Positions 8,459-18,510 of a stretch of 64,000 nucleotides of DNA are shown here, piece after piece. The notes below the pieces were generated by a model. It worked only from the letters and a program-made list of their open reading frames with translations, had not been told where the DNA came from and did no database searches. Every line of letters starts with the position of its first letter. Position 1 is the stretch's first letter. Origin of the DNA: Enhydrobacter sp. (GTDB lineage Bacteria > Pseudomonadota > Alphaproteobacteria > Reyranellales > Reyranellaceae). The stretch lies in contig JAHCJV010000005.1 of the NCBI GenBank assembly GCA_026126105.1, positions 46,418 to 110,417 of the forward strand, given 5' to 3'. Position numbers and translations under genes: made by a program.

Positions 8459-11221
8459 ATGGTCGTCTTTCGTCGCGCGATTGTCATCATCGCTACCGGC
8501 ACGCTCGGATTCACGGGCTTCGCCGGGACGTCCTTCGCACAGTCCTCACCTTCGGTCGGGCCGGGCGACCCGCCTGCCCGTGTGGGACGTCTGGCCTATC
8601 TCCAGGGCACCGTGTCGTTCCATGAGAACGACCAGACCGATTGGCAGCCGGCGCTGCTGAACTCGCCGGTCACGACCGGTGACGCTATCTGGACCGAACC
8701 CAATGCACGTTCCGAAGTGTCCATCGCCGGCACTCGTGTGCGCCTGGACTCCGCGACGCTCCTCGACATGGTCGCGCTCGATGATCACCTCACCCGCATG
8801 GAGCTGGAGCAGGGACGCATCGACATCAAGACCTTCACCTACGACAACCGACAGCCATACGAGGTGATCACGCCACGCGGCATCGTCACGATTCAGCAGC
8901 AGGGCGACTACTACGTCGAGGCGGGGTCAACGCAGGATCCGACGAGACTCGGCGTGCGCGAAGGCGCTGCGCAGTTCGAGACGGCGAACGGGCAGACCGT
9001 GGCCGTCCGGGCTGGCGAGGTGGTCGAGATTTCAGGTCAAGACGGGGCACCGCAACTCAGCACGATCAAGACCGCCCCCCCGCCAATGCCCAAGCAGTGG
9101 GCGGAGCGGGACCGCCAGATCGCCTACGACAAGCCCCCTCAGTATCTGTCGAACAATGTGACCGGATACGAGGATCTGAATCGATACGGTACGTGGCAGA
9201 ACGATCCGGAATACGGACAGGTATGGTACGTCAACTCGCCGCCTTCCGGATGGGCGCCCTATACGACCGGTCGGTGGGTGTCCGACCCGACCTATGGCTG
9301 GACCTGGGTCGATGAGCAGCCTTGGGGCTTTGCACCGTACCATTATGGGCGATGGGCACAGCGCAACGAGCGCTGGTTCTGGGTTCCGCCCGACCGGCAG
9401 CAGCCCACCGTTTACGCGCCGGCGCTGGTGGCTTTCATGGGCGGCCTCGAGCTCGGCCAGGCGCTCGGCGCGCATAACCGGCGGCCCGTCGGCTGGTTCC
9501 CACTCGGGCCGCGCGAAGTCTACGTGCCTCCCTATTCGATGAATCGTGACTATTATCGCCGCATCAACTTCTCGGCTCGCGTGCAGCAGGAGATCCTCGA
9601 GGACCGCTGGCGGCGTTTCGAGCGTCGCGAGGCCCTGCGCGAAGACGAGCAGCGGCAGATGTGGATGAACCGCCGCTTTGCGCGGATCGTCGCGGCCGAC
9701 GACTTCGCCCGCTCGCGCCCCGTGCAGCGCGCGCTCATCCGTGTGAGCGGAGACAAGCTCGCGGCAGCACCCGTCGCGCTGATAGCCGCGCCGCCTCGCC
9801 CCAATGAGTCGATCCGCGCCATGGTGGAACGCCGGGAAGACCGGCGCGACAACAGAGCAGAGCGGCGCGAAGACCAGCGCGACGATCGCGCAGATCAGCG
9901 GGAAGACCGGCGCGACAACCGCGCAGATCGGCGTGAGGACCAGCGCGACGCCCAGCTGAACGAGTCGCGGCGCGCGGAGAACATGTTGGGCCTCCAGCCT
10001 GAGCCCGAGAAGAAGAAGGCTCCCGGGCCGCAGATCGCGGACCGCCGCGATGCCCGTCGCGACGGCAGGGCAGACGCAAGCAAGTCTGACACCGACCGAA
10101 GGGATGCCAAGCAGGACCTGCCGCAGCTGGCGCCCCGCCACGCGTCGGCGCCGCCGCAGCCCAAGCTCGACGGAGACCGCCGGCAAGCTGGTGACGACAA
10201 AAGGCCCGATCAGGCGAACGAGGCCAACCGCGCCGCCGACCGGGACCGTGCTACACCGGACCGTGACCGTGGGGATCGAGCTGACCGCGACCGTGCCGAC
10301 CAGGTCCGTACCGATCAGGATCGCAGGGACCGAGACCGCGCTGATCGCGACCGCTCAGGGGCGCCGGACCGCGACCGTGCCAATCAGCGCAATGAGCAGC
10401 CCGGACAAGCGAACCTTCCGCCACTAAGGGACCGCAACGACCGACGGCCCGATGCACCGCAAGCCGGCGAGCCGCGCAACCAGGCTCGTGAGGGTGCCCA
10501 ACCGAATAGCGGCAAGGCCGACCGCGACGACAACGATACGAAGCGTCCCACCCAGGCGGAGCGTCCAGCCGAACCGAACAAGCCAAAACAGGCCGACGCG
10601 CCGAAGCGCGGGGAACAGACACAACGTCCGGCCGACCCCGCCCCACCCAAACAGGGAGAGGAGTCGAAGCTGCGGAACCAGGCGCAGCGTTCGGACGACG
10701 CGGACAGGCCGAATCCCGCCCCGGAGCCCAAGCGGCCCGAAGCGCGCCCACAGGCCGAGCCCCCCAAGGCTCAGCAGGCCCAACCGCGAGCGCCACAGGC
10801 CGAACCGCGCCAACAGGCGCAGCAGCCCCAGCCCCAGCCGCAGCGACAGGCCGAGCCGCCGAAGCAGCCTGCCCCTCAGCCGCAACGCGAGCCGCAGCAG
10901 AGGCCAGACCGGCAAGGGATGAACGCTCCCGCACGGCAGCCCGAGCGTCAGCAGGCGCAGCCGCAGCGCCCCGCTCCGCAGCAACAGGCTGCACCGCAGC
11001 CGCAGCCTCGGCCCCAGGCCGCTCCTCAGCAGCCGCCGCAACAAGCACAGGCGCCACGCCCGGCGTCCCAGCCTCAAGCTCAGCCGAGGCCCCAGGCTGC
11101 TCCTCAGCAGCCGCAACAGGCGCAGGCTCCCGCTCCACAGCAGCAGGCTCAGCAGCCCGGCGGGGGTGGTGGCGGCGGTGGAAACCGCGGCGGCGGCAAC
11201 CAGAAGAACGACAAGAACTAG
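8459..11221 (+). CDS. Exported FecR-like/DUF6600 domain protein with long low-complexity tail
   Basis: Signal-peptide-like N-terminus, DPPARVGRLAYLQGTVSF, WAPYTTGRW..WTWVDEQPWGFAPYHYGRW, VGWFPLGPREVYVP; C-terminal half is R/D- and Q/P-rich repeats. Confidence 0.8.
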   Translation: MVVFRRAIVIIATGTLGFTGFAGTSFAQSSPSVGPGDPPARVGRLAYLQGTVSFHENDQTDWQPALLNSPVTTGDAIWTEPNARSEVSIAGTRVRLDSATLLDMVALDDHLTRMELEQGRIDIKTFTYDNRQPYEVITPRGIVTIQQQGDYYVEAGSTQDPTRLGVREGAAQFETANGQTVAVRAGEVVEISGQDGAPQLSTIKTAPPPMPKQWAERDRQIAYDKPPQYLSNNVTGYEDLNRYGTWQNDPEYGQVWYVNSPPSGWAPYTTGRWVSDPTYGWTWVDEQPWGFAPYHYGRWAQRNERWFWVPPDRQQPTVYAPALVAFMGGLELGQALGAHNRRPVGWFPLGPREVYVPPYSMNRDYYRRINFSARVQQEILEDRWRRFERREALREDEQRQMWMNRRFARIVAADDFARSRPVQRALIRVSGDKLAAAPVALIAAPPRPNESIRAMVERREDRRDNRAERREDQRDDRADQREDRRDNRADRREDQRDAQLNESRRAENMLGLQPEPEKKKAPGPQIADRRDARRDGRADASKSDTDRRDAKQDLPQLAPRHASAPPQPKLDGDRRQAGDDKRPDQANEANRAADRDRATPDRDRGDRADRDRADQVRTDQDRRDRDRADRDRSGAPDRDRANQRNEQPGQANLPPLRDRNDRRPDAPQAGEPRNQAREGAQPNSGKADRDDNDTKRPTQAERPAEPNKPKQADAPKRGEQTQRPADPAPPKQGEESKLRNQAQRSDDADRPNPAPEPKRPEARPQAEPPKAQQAQPRAPQAEPRQQAQQPQPQPQRQAEPPKQPAPQPQREPQQRPDRQGMNAPARQPERQQAQPQRPAPQQQAAPQPQPRPQAAPQQPPQQAQAPRPASQPQAQPRPQAAPQQPQQAQAPAPQQQAQQPGGGGGGGGNRGGGNQKNDKN
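9833..9964 (+). repeat. In-frame 33-nt (11-aa) tandem repeat, 4 units
   Basis: REDRRDNRAER / REDQRDDRADQ / REDRRDNRADR / REDQRDAQLNE. Confidence 0.85.
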
Positions 11222-11222
11222 G

Positions 11223-12191
11223 CTAGAGCACCTGATTGCGGAGAACCTGGTCGCCCCTTCCAAGGCGTTCCAGGTTCTCGATCAGGATATCGATGACGTT
11301 GTCTTCGTAAGCACGCGTTTCACCGGCCGTATGCGGCGTGATGAAGACATTCGGCATCGTCCACAGAGGCGATGCTGCGGGTAGTGGCTCCTCGGCGGTG
11401 ACATCGATTGCCGCCGATCCGATCTTGCCGGTCTGCAGCGCAACGATCAGAGCAGCTTCATCAGCGACCTTGCCACGCGCCACGTTGACGAACATTGCCG
11501 ACGGCTTCATCGCGGCGAACGCCGCGGCGCTCATCAGGCCGGTGGTCTCCGGCGTGAGCGCACAAGTCAGCGCCACGATGTCGGCTTGCGGGATGAGCTT
11601 TAGCAGCTCTCCCATGGCGCAAATCGAATCCGCGCCGTTGGTGCCCTTGCCTGGATCCTGCCGGATGCCCACCACTTTCATTCCGAATGCCTTGCCGAGC
11701 ATCGCAAGATGGCTGCCGATCCGGCCCATGCCGACCACCAGCATCGTCTTGCCGCCGAGTTCGTCCTCGCGCTGGGTCAGGTCGCCGATCATGCCGCGCC
11801 AGAGCTTCTTGTGCTGATTGTCGCGCGCCTCGGGCAGGCGCCGCGCCACCGCGAGGATGAGAGCGATTGCGTGCTCGGCCACGGCGCGCGCGTTGACGCC
11901 GGCGGCGCTGCACAGGCGTACGTTCCTTGCGGCAAGCTGGTCCCGGGAATACTGGTCCATGCCCGAGCTGATCGACTGAATGAACTTCAGCTTCGTGGCG
12001 GCGGGGATAAGCTCGTTCTTCCACATGCCGGACACGACCACGACATCGGCTTCGCCAACCCGCTTCTGGAGGTCGTCGTAGTTCCAGACCTGGAAGTTCC
12101 GGATGCCGGTCTTGCGGGCGTCGAAGCGCGCCTGCATCTGATAGGCGGCATGTGCGAAGCAGATCGTCAGTGCATCGTTCGACGGAAACAT
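11223..12191 (-). CDS. D-2-hydroxyacid dehydrogenase
   Basis: GMGRIG, FVNVARGKVADE, IDVTAEEPLP, ITPHTAG. Confidence 0.92.
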   Translation of the reverse strand: MFPSNDALTICFAHAAYQMQARFDARKTGIRNFQVWNYDDLQKRVGEADVVVVSGMWKNELIPAATKLKFIQSISSGMDQYSRDQLAARNVRLCSAAGVNARAVAEHAIALILAVARRLPEARDNQHKKLWRGMIGDLTQREDELGGKTMLVVGMGRIGSHLAMLGKAFGMKVVGIRQDPGKGTNGADSICAMGELLKLIPQADIVALTCALTPETTGLMSAAAFAAMKPSAMFVNVARGKVADEAALIVALQTGKIGSAAIDVTAEEPLPAASPLWTMPNVFITPHTAGETRAYEDNVIDILIENLERLGRGDQVLRNQVL

Positions 12192-12249
12192 TGGCTCTCC
12201 CAATCCAAAGTGCGACAGTAGCCTCTACAGCATCCAAGGGGGAATCGTC

Positions 12250-13110
12250 ATGGTCATGCGCCGCAATCTGCTCCGCGAACGCCTCAACGCCGGCCAGCCG
12301 ACCGTGGGGACCCACATCCTGTCCTGCTGGCCAACACTGGTAGAGTTGATCGGCCATTCCGGGCAATATGACTACGTCGAGTTCACCGCCGAATACGCGC
12401 CGTTCGACATGCACGATCTCGACAATCTCGGCCGTGCCTTCGAGGTCGCCGGCTTGGGCGGCATGATCAAGATCGAGCAGACGCAGTACACGCATCAGGC
12501 GATGCGGGCGATCGGCTCGGGCTTCCAGAGCGTGCTGTTCGCCGACATTCGCTCGGTCGAGGACGCCAAGCTCGCAGTCGACGCGGTGCGCGCCGAGACG
12601 ACCATGGCGGCGGGCGCGCGCGGACGCGGCCGGCTCGGCGTCGGCATGCGGCGCGACGTCGGCGTCGTTCGCTACGGCGGCCAGCCTGCCTATGTCGATG
12701 CGCTGAACGATGTGGTCATCGCCATCATGGTCGAGAAGAAGTCGTGCGTGGACGATCTCGAGGCGATACTCGAGGTGCCCGGCATCGACATGGTCCAGTT
12801 CGGCGGCTCCGACTTCTCCATGAGCATCGGCAAGCCCGCGCAGCACAACGACCCCGAAGTGGTCGCGGCCGAGAAAAAGACGATCGAGACCGCGCTCAGA
12901 ATGGGCCTGCATCCGCGAGTCGAGCTGCGCGACCCGAGCGGCGCCGCCAAGTATCTCGACATGGGCGTGAAGCATTTCTGCATCGGCTGGGACGTGCGCA
13001 TTCTCGCCGACTGGTGGGACATCAAGGGCGCGGAGATGCGCGGCCTGGTGGAAGGCAATTCCCAGCCGGCGGCCGTCAAGCCGGCAAAGGTCGCGGGCAA
13101 CTACTCTTGA
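12250..13110 (+). CDS. HpcH/HpaI aldolase family protein
   Basis: FTAEYAPFD, IMVEKKS, PGIDMVQFGGSDFSMSIG; start could be 12256. Confidence 0.85.
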   Translation: MVMRRNLLRERLNAGQPTVGTHILSCWPTLVELIGHSGQYDYVEFTAEYAPFDMHDLDNLGRAFEVAGLGGMIKIEQTQYTHQAMRAIGSGFQSVLFADIRSVEDAKLAVDAVRAETTMAAGARGRGRLGVGMRRDVGVVRYGGQPAYVDALNDVVIAIMVEKKSCVDDLEAILEVPGIDMVQFGGSDFSMSIGKPAQHNDPEVVAAEKKTIETALRMGLHPRVELRDPSGAAKYLDMGVKHFCIGWDVRILADWWDIKGAEMRGLVEGNSQPAAVKPAKVAGNYS

Positions 13111-15182
13111 GCCTTCCCCCGGTTGCGCCGCGGCGCACGTCCTCGTTCACGCGGCACGGCATTACGGTTGAAGACGACTATGCCTGGCTGAAAGATCCCG
13201 ACTGGCAGAAGGTGCTGCAGGATCCATCTTGCCTGCAGCCCGACATCTTCGCCTATCTCGAGGCGGAGAACCGTTACGCCGAGGAGATCCTCGCGCCAAC
13301 GGAAGCGCTGCAGAAGCAGCTCGTCGCCGAGATGCGCGGCCGCATCAAGGAGGACGACTCCGGCGTGCCTATGCCGGACGGGCCGTTCGCCTACAGCTGG
13401 AAATACCGCGACGGCGGTCAGCACCAGCAGATCGGCCGCGTGCCGCGCACCGGCGGGGATTTCCAGACGATCCTGGATGGCGATGCTCTCGCGGCGGCGT
13501 CGGAATATTTCAAGTTCGGCGGCCACCGCCATTCGCCCGACCATCGGCTCGAAGCCTGGAGCGCCGACCTGTTGGGCTCGGAATACTTCACGATCCGCGT
13601 CCGGCGCTGGGACAATGGCGAAGATCTGCCGGACATCATTACACGATCCGCGGGCAGCGTCGTCTGGGGACTCGATTCGACCTTCTTCTTCTATGTCGAG
13701 CGCGACGAGAACCATCGCCCCCTGAAGGTGTTCCGCCATTGTCTGGGCACGCCCCAAGCCGAGGACGTGCTGGTTTACGAAGAGCATGACATCGGCTGGT
13801 TCACGAACATCTCGGAGAGCGCCAGCGGCCGGTTTCTGATCATATCCGGCGGCGACCACGACACGTCCGAGGAGCGGCTGGTGAATCTCGCCGATCCGGG
13901 CGCAGAACCCCAGCTGATCACGCCGCGCGAGAAAGGAGTTCGCTACAGCGTGGCCGACCGGGGCGACGAGTTGTTCATCCTGACCAACGCCGACGGCGCC
14001 ATCGATTTTCGTATTGTGACGGCGCCGCTGGCGACGCCCGGCCGCAAGCAGTGGCGCGAACTGATCCCGCACCGTCCCGGCATCTACGTCCTGTCGATGG
14101 AACTCTATGCTGGGCATCTGGTACGCCTGGAACGCTCGAACGCCCTGCCTTTCATCGTCATCCGAGACCTCGCCAGCGGCGCCGAGCACGGCATAGCCTT
14201 CGACGAGGCTGCCTATTCACTCGAGATTCAGAGCAGCTACGAGTTCGTGACGACGACCTTGCGCTTCTCCTACTCGTCGATGACGACGCCGGCCGAAGTC
14301 TACGACTACGATATGGCAAGCCGACAGCGAGCCCTGCGGAAGCGACAGGAAATCCCGTCCGGGCACGACCCGTCGGCCTATTTGACCACCCGGATCTTCG
14401 CGACCGCGCATGACGGTGCAGAGGTTCCGGTATCGCTGCTGCATCGGCGCGACTTCGTTGCCGACGGCAACGCCCCCCTGTTGCTCTACGGCTACGGCTC
14501 CTACGGCATGGCGATGCCGGCGTCGTTCTCGGCCAACCGCCTGTCGCTGGTCGATCGCGGATTCGTCTATGCCATCGCCCATATCCGCGGTGGCGCCGAC
14601 AAGGGCTGGAACTGGTATCTCGACGGCAAGCGCGAGAAGAAGACCAACACCTTCGACGATTTCGCCGCTGTCGGCCGCGTGCTGATCGAACGGAAATATA
14701 CCTCGGCCGGCCGCATCGTCGGTCACGGCGGCAGCGCGGGCGGCATGCTGATGGGCGCGGTCGCCAATCGCGCTCCCGCGCTCTTCGCGGCGATCGTCGC
14801 CGAAGTCCCGTTCGTCGATGTGCTGAACACGATGCTCGACGAGACGCTGCCGCTCACCCCGCCCGAATGGCCCGAATGGGGCAACCCCATCATCGATCCC
14901 GAGGCGTTTCGCACCATCCTCGCCTATTCGCCCTATGAGAATGTGAGCGCGCAGCGCTATCCCGCGATTCTCGCGATGGCCGGCCTCACCGACCCTCGGG
15001 TCACCTATTGGGAGCCTGCCAAGTGGGTTGCCCGGCTGCGTGCCACCATGACGGGCGGCGGCCCCGTGCTGCTGCGCACCAACATGGAAGCGGGCCATGG
15101 CGGCGCCTCGGGACGCTTCAGCCGACTCGACGAGATCGCGATTGCGTACGCCTTCGCGATCTCAGTCAGCTCGTCAGCGTAA
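13107..15182 (+). CDS. ptrB: S9 family peptidase, oligopeptidase B
   Basis: DDYAWLK, GGSAGG nucleophile, GLTDPRVTYWEPAKW, AGHGG; TTG start overlaps the upstream TGA. Confidence 0.9.
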   Translation: MSLPPVAPRRTSSFTRHGITVEDDYAWLKDPDWQKVLQDPSCLQPDIFAYLEAENRYAEEILAPTEALQKQLVAEMRGRIKEDDSGVPMPDGPFAYSWKYRDGGQHQQIGRVPRTGGDFQTILDGDALAAASEYFKFGGHRHSPDHRLEAWSADLLGSEYFTIRVRRWDNGEDLPDIITRSAGSVVWGLDSTFFFYVERDENHRPLKVFRHCLGTPQAEDVLVYEEHDIGWFTNISESASGRFLIISGGDHDTSEERLVNLADPGAEPQLITPREKGVRYSVADRGDELFILTNADGAIDFRIVTAPLATPGRKQWRELIPHRPGIYVLSMELYAGHLVRLERSNALPFIVIRDLASGAEHGIAFDEAAYSLEIQSSYEFVTTTLRFSYSSMTTPAEVYDYDMASRQRALRKRQEIPSGHDPSAYLTTRIFATAHDGAEVPVSLLHRRDFVADGNAPLLLYGYGSYGMAMPASFSANRLSLVDRGFVYAIAHIRGGADKGWNWYLDGKREKKTNTFDDFAAVGRVLIERKYTSAGRIVGHGGSAGGMLMGAVANRAPALFAAIVAEVPFVDVLNTMLDETLPLTPPEWPEWGNPIIDPEAFRTILAYSPYENVSAQRYPAILAMAGLTDPRVTYWEPAKWVARLRATMTGGGPVLLRTNMEAGHGGASGRFSRLDEIAIAYAFAISVSSSA

Positions 15183-16374
15183 AGAGTTCCGCCTCGTCGC
15201 GAACGCCGCGCAGGCGGTGGCGACCGACGGAGATCAGATGGTGGCGGCTTTCGGTGGCCGCCCCGGCGAAAGCGTGCGAGACCAGAAGCGGATGGCCGAG
15301 TTCCTTGCATAGAAGTTCGATGCGCGCGGCCTCGTTCACCGCCGGACCGATCGCCGTGAAATCGAGCCGCGCCCCGGCACCGACGTTGCCGTACTGCACC
15401 ACGCCGAGATGCAGCGCGATGTCGAGTCCGGGCGTCAGCTGTCCCGCCTCGCGGCGGCGTGCAGCCAGCAGGTCCATCAGGTCCAGCGCGTCGCTGGCGG
15501 CGGACAAGGCAGCGGCACAGGTGGTGGCCCGGCGTCGGCCATCGATCCGGAAAATCGCGAGCAATCCGTCGCCGAGGAATTTCAGCACCTCGCCGCCACG
15601 GCGCGTCATCGGCCGCACCATGCAGTCGAAACAGTCGTCGAGGAGTGCGATCATCTCGGCCCCGGGCAGGGCGTCGGCCAGCGCCGTGAAGTCGCGCAGG
15701 TCAGCATAGAACAGCACGGCCTCCACCTCGTGCACCTCCCCGCGCAGGACAGTGCCCGACAGGACACGCGACGCGGCGTCCACACCTAAGTAGGCCTCGA
15801 GTAGACCCTGTCCCACATCGCGCATGGCAATCGCCTTGATTGCGAGGGCAAAGACCGGCAGCACGTCGCGCAGCGCGGCAAGATGGGCTTCCGCAAATCC
15901 GCCGGCAGATTCGGTTGCGACGGAGCAGACGAGCCACAGCTGGCCAACCCCCTCTTCGGCACGCGGCCCATCGCTTGGCGCCAACTCGCCGAACGGAAAA
16001 ATGCTGCCCAGCCAGTCCGTCATGCCGAGCGCCCGCAGCTCGGCGAACACCGGCTCCTCGTCTGCGGGGGGCGAGTGCCGGAGGTCGAGCCGGCGCTCGA
16101 GCGTGCCCGTCTTCAGCATGCCGGCAAATGGACTTTGCTGCATGATCGGGTCCTCGACCTCTTCATGTTGGAACTCGAAACGGGTGGCGGGTCCCGTCGT
16201 CCGATCCCAGATGAGGCTGCGCACCAGCACCATCGGATGAAGTGCGTTCATTCCGACGAAAATGCGCGCGACCGGCACGCCCGCGGCCCCGACGCGACGC
16301 CCGAAGCCGTCGACCAGTTCCCCGAGCGGCAGGTTGCGCAGCCCGGCCTCGGCAAGCCAGAGAGACAAGCTCAT
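15166..16374 (-). CDS. Class III adenylate cyclase with N-terminal sensory domain
   Basis: FYADLRDFT, EVLKFLGDGLL, GNVG..RLDFTAIGPAVNEAARIE (K/D pattern indicates ATP specificity); start uncertain (16374 or 16392). Confidence 0.85.
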   Translation of the reverse strand: MSLSLWLAEAGLRNLPLGELVDGFGRRVGAAGVPVARIFVGMNALHPMVLVRSLIWDRTTGPATRFEFQHEEVEDPIMQQSPFAGMLKTGTLERRLDLRHSPPADEEPVFAELRALGMTDWLGSIFPFGELAPSDGPRAEEGVGQLWLVCSVATESAGGFAEAHLAALRDVLPVFALAIKAIAMRDVGQGLLEAYLGVDAASRVLSGTVLRGEVHEVEAVLFYADLRDFTALADALPGAEMIALLDDCFDCMVRPMTRRGGEVLKFLGDGLLAIFRIDGRRRATTCAAALSAASDALDLMDLLAARRREAGQLTPGLDIALHLGVVQYGNVGAGARLDFTAIGPAVNEAARIELLCKELGHPLLVSHAFAGAATESRHHLISVGRHRLRGVRDEAELFTLTS

Positions 16375-16462
16375 AGCCCAAACATAGAACATCTCGCCCG
16401 CCGTTTCCTGCCGGACTGCGCACCGAGCTGATCCAGACCGCACGTTCCGGCGTATCTTCTCC

Positions 16463-17110
16463 ATGCATCGCTTCGCATTCTTTCTGCTTGTCTTCCTGAC
16501 CGCGAGTTCCTCGGCGGTCGGCGCCGACCGCCTGCCTTATGGTGCGGACCTGTCTTTTTCCGTATGGCGAAACGGCCAGCAGATCGGCAGGCACAAATTG
16601 GCCTTCGAGCAGGATAGCGGCCAACTCAAGGTCTCGACGTCTATCGACCTCGCCGTCAAACTTGTCGGCATTACCGCCTACCGCTACTCGCACCGCGCGC
16701 AAGAAGTGTGGAGCGGAGATGCTCTCCTGTCGCTGACGAGCCGCACCGATGACGACGGCAAGCAATACTCGGTACAGGCCAGCCGGACGGGAGAGGGGAT
16801 CGCCGTACTGGCGCAGAGCGCGGGCCGTCAGGTGCTGCCGGGCACCATCCTCCCTTCCTCCCACTGGAACTTCCGGCAGGTCGCTCAGACGGTCCTGCTG
16901 AACAGCCAAAAGGGCAGCGAGGCTCGCGTGAAGGTCACCACAGTCGGGCGCGAAACGATCAGGACCGCCTCGAGCACCCTGCCGGCGACTCGCTACCGCT
17001 ATGAGGGGGATGTCAAGATGGACCAGTGGTTCGACGACCGTGGACGCTGGGTCAAGATGGCCTTTGCGGGTTCCGATGGCTCGGCCATCGAATACGTGCT
17101 GCAGGAATGA
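16463..17110 (+). CDS. DUF6134-family exported protein
   Basis: Signal peptide, FSVWRNGQQIGRH, AYRYSHRAQEVW, PSSHWN, WFDDRGRWVK. Confidence 0.7.
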   Translation: MHRFAFFLLVFLTASSSAVGADRLPYGADLSFSVWRNGQQIGRHKLAFEQDSGQLKVSTSIDLAVKLVGITAYRYSHRAQEVWSGDALLSLTSRTDDDGKQYSVQASRTGEGIAVLAQSAGRQVLPGTILPSSHWNFRQVAQTVLLNSQKGSEARVKVTTVGRETIRTASSTLPATRYRYEGDVKMDQWFDDRGRWVKMAFAGSDGSAIEYVLQE

Positions 17111-17643
17111 CCGGCCTGGTCGCTGTGCAGCGATGCGCCGGGCTGCTGCTCGCCCTCGGCTTGCTGGGCGCCTGCGCCCGCCCGCCACAGATTCCGCCGG
17201 AGAGCGGGGCGCCGGCACTCCACCTGGAGGAGTTCTTCGTCGGCAGCAGCAGCGGTGAAGGTGTCTTCACCAACGGATTCACCGGCGAAAGGCGCGAGTT
17301 CCGGGTCGCGATCGTAGGGTCGCTCACTGGCGACGAACTGACGCTCGTCGAGGATTTCACCTATGCCGACGGCGAGCAGGATCGGAAGACCTGGCGGCTC
17401 CAGCGCACGGGACCGGGCCGCTACAGCGGCACCCGGGAGGACGTCGAGGGCCTCGCCCGGGCGTGGACCGAGAACGGCCAGGTGAGGCTGGAGTACACGG
17501 TGAAGCTCGCGGGCTGGCGATTGGACTTCGCCGATGTACTGGCGCTGCGTGCCGACGGGACACTTCTCAATCGAGCGATCATCAGCAAGTGGGGCGTGAG
17601 GGTCGGACGGGTCGAGCTGGTGCTGCGCAAGCCGGCGGCCTGA
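17107..17643 (+). CDS. DUF3833-family lipoprotein
   Basis: Lipobox LLGAC, LEEFFVG, LVEDFTYADGEQDRKTW, LLNRAIISKWGVRVG. Confidence 0.8.
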   Translation: MTGLVAVQRCAGLLLALGLLGACARPPQIPPESGAPALHLEEFFVGSSSGEGVFTNGFTGERREFRVAIVGSLTGDELTLVEDFTYADGEQDRKTWRLQRTGPGRYSGTREDVEGLARAWTENGQVRLEYTVKLAGWRLDFADVLALRADGTLLNRAIISKWGVRVGRVELVLRKPAA

Positions 17644-17651
17644 TCGTCACC

Positions 17652-18500
17652 TTACAGAGCGACCCTCGCGGTCGGCAGCGCAAGCCCCGCAACGCCCACG
17701 CGGGTATGGAAGATGCTGCCGCAATTCTCGTGCGGCCCGCCGCGTGAGCCGGTGACGATGTAGAGATCACGCAGGTCGTCGCCGGCGAAGCAAAGGCTGG
17801 TGACCATCGGCAGAGGCACGGCAACATCCTGGCGGTGCGTGCCGTCCGCGTTGAACACGGCCACCCGTCCGCCATGGGCGTCGGCCACCCAGACCGAGCC
17901 GTCCTGCGCCACCTTCAGCCCGTCGGGCACGCGATCCTCTCCAAGCGCGGCGAACCTGCGCCACGGGCCGACGCTGCCGTCCGGTTTCGCGTCGTACACG
18001 CGCACGTACGGCCCGCGCGCGTCGCAGTGATAGAGAAGCTTACCGTCGGGCGAGAAGCCTAGGCCGTTGGTGAGCAGCACGCCGTCAGACAGCGTGCGCA
18101 TCGAACCGTCGAGGTCGATGACGTGAAGATGGCCAGGCCTTGGCGTCTCGCCGCCGAACACCTTGAATGCCAGCGAACCGACATAGATGCGCCCGGTCGC
18201 ATCTGTCGTGAGGTCGTTGAAGCCGGTGGCACCAGGAATCGCGTCGAGCGACAGCAGCGACTTCGTCCCGCCGTCGTCCAGGGACACGTAAGCAATGTCG
18301 CGCCCCCCGACAACGATACCGCCCGACTCGTGCAACGCCATGCCGCCGATGCCGCGACGTCTAGGGACCGCTGTCGAGACCTTACCGGCGCGATCGAGCA
18401 GGAAGACGCCGCCATTCAGCACGTCGCTAAAATAGAGCCCGCGTTGCGGATGCCAGACTGGCCCCTCAATCAGACCGTAGCCGGTGGCGACTTGCTGCAT
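17652..18500 (-). CDS. SMP-30/gluconolactonase/LRE family protein
   Basis: LIEGPVW, FNDLTTD, TNGLGFSPDG, PDGLKV. Confidence 0.9.
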   Translation of the reverse strand: MQQVATGYGLIEGPVWHPQRGLYFSDVLNGGVFLLDRAGKVSTAVPRRRGIGGMALHESGGIVVGGRDIAYVSLDDGGTKSLLSLDAIPGATGFNDLTTDATGRIYVGSLAFKVFGGETPRPGHLHVIDLDGSMRTLSDGVLLTNGLGFSPDGKLLYHCDARGPYVRVYDAKPDGSVGPWRRFAALGEDRVPDGLKVAQDGSVWVADAHGGRVAVFNADGTHRQDVAVPLPMVTSLCFAGDDLRDLYIVTGSRGGPHENCGSIFHTRVGVAGLALPTARVAL

Positions 18501-18510
18501 GACCCCTCCC

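Noticed and set aside
9833-11160. Periodic repeats as a possible CRISPR array or VNTR element
   Set aside because: In-frame coding repeats with synonymous variation; no unique spacers and no cas genes
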